Assembly (NCBI GenBank): GCA_045600465.1
Contig: JAZRXY010000005.1
Location: 1-59,460 of the forward strand
Reading direction: 5' to 3'
Length of the DNA stretch: 59,460 bases
Origin: Bacilli bacterium
GTDB taxonomy: Bacteria; Bacillota_I; Bacilli_A; RFN20; UBA1709
The position numbers and the translations under genes were made by a program. Below, piece after piece: positions 58,001 through 59,460 of the stretch; positions within the stretch are counted from its first letter, which is position 1, and the number at the start of each line of letters is the position of its first letter. The notes under the pieces were generated by a model, which was given only the letters and a program-made list of their open reading frames with translations, did no database searches and was not told the origin of the DNA.

Positions 58001-59284
58001 ATGCTAGATATTAAATTAATTAGAGAAAACACACAAGAAGTTATTGAAAGACTCGGCCGTAGAGGAAAAGATTTTAGCAAAAACATTAAAGAAATCTTAG
58101 ATTTTGATGAAAAACGTAGAGAGATTATTCAAAAAGTTGAATCACTAAAACAATTTAGAAACGAACAATCAAAAATGATTGGACAACTAGTCAGAGAGAA
58201 TAAGCAAGACGCAATTGCCGCAATTAAAGAAAAAGTTGCTGGTATTGGAGAAGAAATCGCTGAACTAGATGCTAAACTTACAGAACTAGAAGAAAAGCAA
58301 AAATCAGCAATTGCAGTCTTGCCTAACCTACCTAACCAAAACACAGTTATTGGTAAAGACGAAACAGAAAACAAAGAAATAAGAAAATGGGGAACTCCAA
58401 GAAAGTTTGATTTTGAACCAAAGGCTCACTGGGATTTAGGTGTAAATCTAGACATTCTAGACTTTGAAAGAGCAACAAAAATTACGGGAACAAGATTTGT
58501 TGTTAATAAAGGGCTTGGAGCAAGACTTGAAAGAGCTGTTATGAATTTCATGCTTGATACTCATACTCAAGAACATGGAATTAAAGAAATTCTTCCTCCA
58601 TTCATGGTTAATGCACAAACAATGTATGGAACAGGACAACTTCCTAAATTTGAAGAAGACTTATTTAAAATTCCGGCATGGGGATATTATTTAATTCCAA
58701 CTGCAGAGGTTCCTGTAACAAACTTACATGCAAACGAAATTTTAGATGTAAAACAATTACCAATTAAATATTGTGCTTATACACCTTGCTTTAGAAGTGA
58801 AGCTGGCGCTGCAGGAAGAGATACAAGAGGAATCATTAGACTTCACCAATTTAACAAAGTTGAATTGGTAAGATTTACTACACCAGAATCCTCATATCAA
58901 AACCTAGAAGAATTAACTCATGATGCAGAAGATATTCTTCAAAAACTAGAATTACCTTATAGAGTAATTATGTTATGCACAGGAGATATTGGGTTTGGAG
59001 CAGCAATGACTTACGACATTGAGGTTTGGCTACCATCATATGGAGCATACAAAGAAATCTCATCATGCTCTAACTACGAAGATTTCCAAGCTAGAAGAGC
59101 TAACATCAAATTCAAAAGAGATCCAAAAGGTAAAGCAGAATTTGTTCATACATTAAACGGATCAGGATTAGCAATTGGTAGAACTGTTGCGGCAATCATT
59201 GAAAACTATCAAAATGCCGACGGAAGCATTACAATTCCTAAAGCATTAAGAAAGTATTTCAATGGTGAAGAAGTTATTAGATAG
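58001..59284 (+). CDS. serS: Serine--tRNA ligase
   Basis: [46 protein letters not shown]; start reassigned to ATG 58001. Confidence 0.99.
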   Translation: MLDIKLIRENTQEVIERLGRRGKDFSKNIKEILDFDEKRREIIQKVESLKQFRNEQSKMIGQLVRENKQDAIAAIKEKVAGIGEEIAELDAKLTELEEKQKSAIAVLPNLPNQNTVIGKDETENKEIRKWGTPRKFDFEPKAHWDLGVNLDILDFERATKITGTRFVVNKGLGARLERAVMNFMLDTHTQEHGIKEILPPFMVNAQTMYGTGQLPKFEEDLFKIPAWGYYLIPTAEVPVTNLHANEILDVKQLPIKYCAYTPCFRSEAGAAGRDTRGIIRLHQFNKVELVRFTTPESSYQNLEELTHDAEDILQKLELPYRVIMLCTGDIGFGAAMTYDIEVWLPSYGAYKEISSCSNYEDFQARRANIKFKRDPKGKAEFVHTLNGSGLAIGRTVAAIIENYQNADGSITIPKALRKYFNGEEVIR

Positions 59285-59293
59285 ATAAAAAAT

Positions 59294-59323
59294 AATAAGG
59301 CGTCCAAAAGGGCGCTTTTATTA
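59294..59323 (+). terminator. Terminator after serS
   Basis: AATAAGGCGTCC-AAAA-GGGCGCTTTTATT. Confidence 0.65.
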
Positions 59324-59458
59324 TGTAACTCGAAGAGTAACATAAAACCGCCTTCTTTGAGGGCGAGAAATGAATAAGCAAGAGCGATAGGCAAAATAAA
59401 ACCTTCCGGTGTATAATGGTAATGCTCAATTGCCAAGGCACAGAAAGGAAGGTTTTAT
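59323..59458. repeat. Cluster of inverted repeats downstream of serS, function unknown
   Basis: Hairpins at 59323-59343, 59349-59365 and a nested one closed by perfect 12-bp ATAAAACCTTCC/GGAAGGTTTTAT (59396-59458). Confidence 0.5.
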
Positions 59459-59460
59459 GC

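Noticed and set aside
57616-58086. 156-aa minus-strand ORF
   Set aside because: Antisense to the gyrA end, T-box leader and serS start
59209-59436. 75-aa hydrophobic minus-strand ORF as a type I toxin
   Set aside because: TTG start without clear RBS, overlaps the serS 3' end antisense, and hydrophobicity follows from T-rich terminator sequence
1-59460. CRISPR array, integrase, transposase or prophage genes
   Set aside because: No regularly spaced repeats or recognisable recombinase, transposase or phage structural motifs were seen

Overview
Origin-of-replication region of a low-GC, genome-reduced Bacillota/Mollicutes-like bacterium. It uses standard code 11 (TGA serves as stop, e.g. tadA, azlD); an RF39/RFN20/Acholeplasmatales/Erysipelotrichales-like lineage is inferred, not verified. 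Almost all of the window is housekeeping. It holds a bipartite oriC (DnaA-box clusters on both sides of dnaA), dnaA-dnaN-yaaA-recF-gyrB-gyrA-serS to the right and rpmH-rnpA-yidC-jag-mnmE plus a long minus-strand run to mfd on the left. A plus-strand block (cmk-der-hup ... recA-rny-ymdB-miaB-ricA) occupies the far left. Elements missing from the ORF track are RNase P RNA (type B), a minimal ~79-nt SRP RNA, rpmH, a Ser T-box with a perfect parS palindrome inside it, and a 46-aa ORF. The one clearly accessory segment is a ~2.4-kb plus-strand cassette between metG and an aminopeptidase gene: XRE-HTH regulator, palindromic operator candidates, 46-aa ORF, DUF4417-like protein, a basic 134-aa protein with a Gly-rich N-terminal leader and toxin-like C-terminus, and an acidic 106-aa immunity-like protein. 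This is the best candidate for an undescribed system (a DUF4417-linked toxin-immunity module with no recognisable delivery domain). All family calls come from motif recognition by eye; no searches were run.
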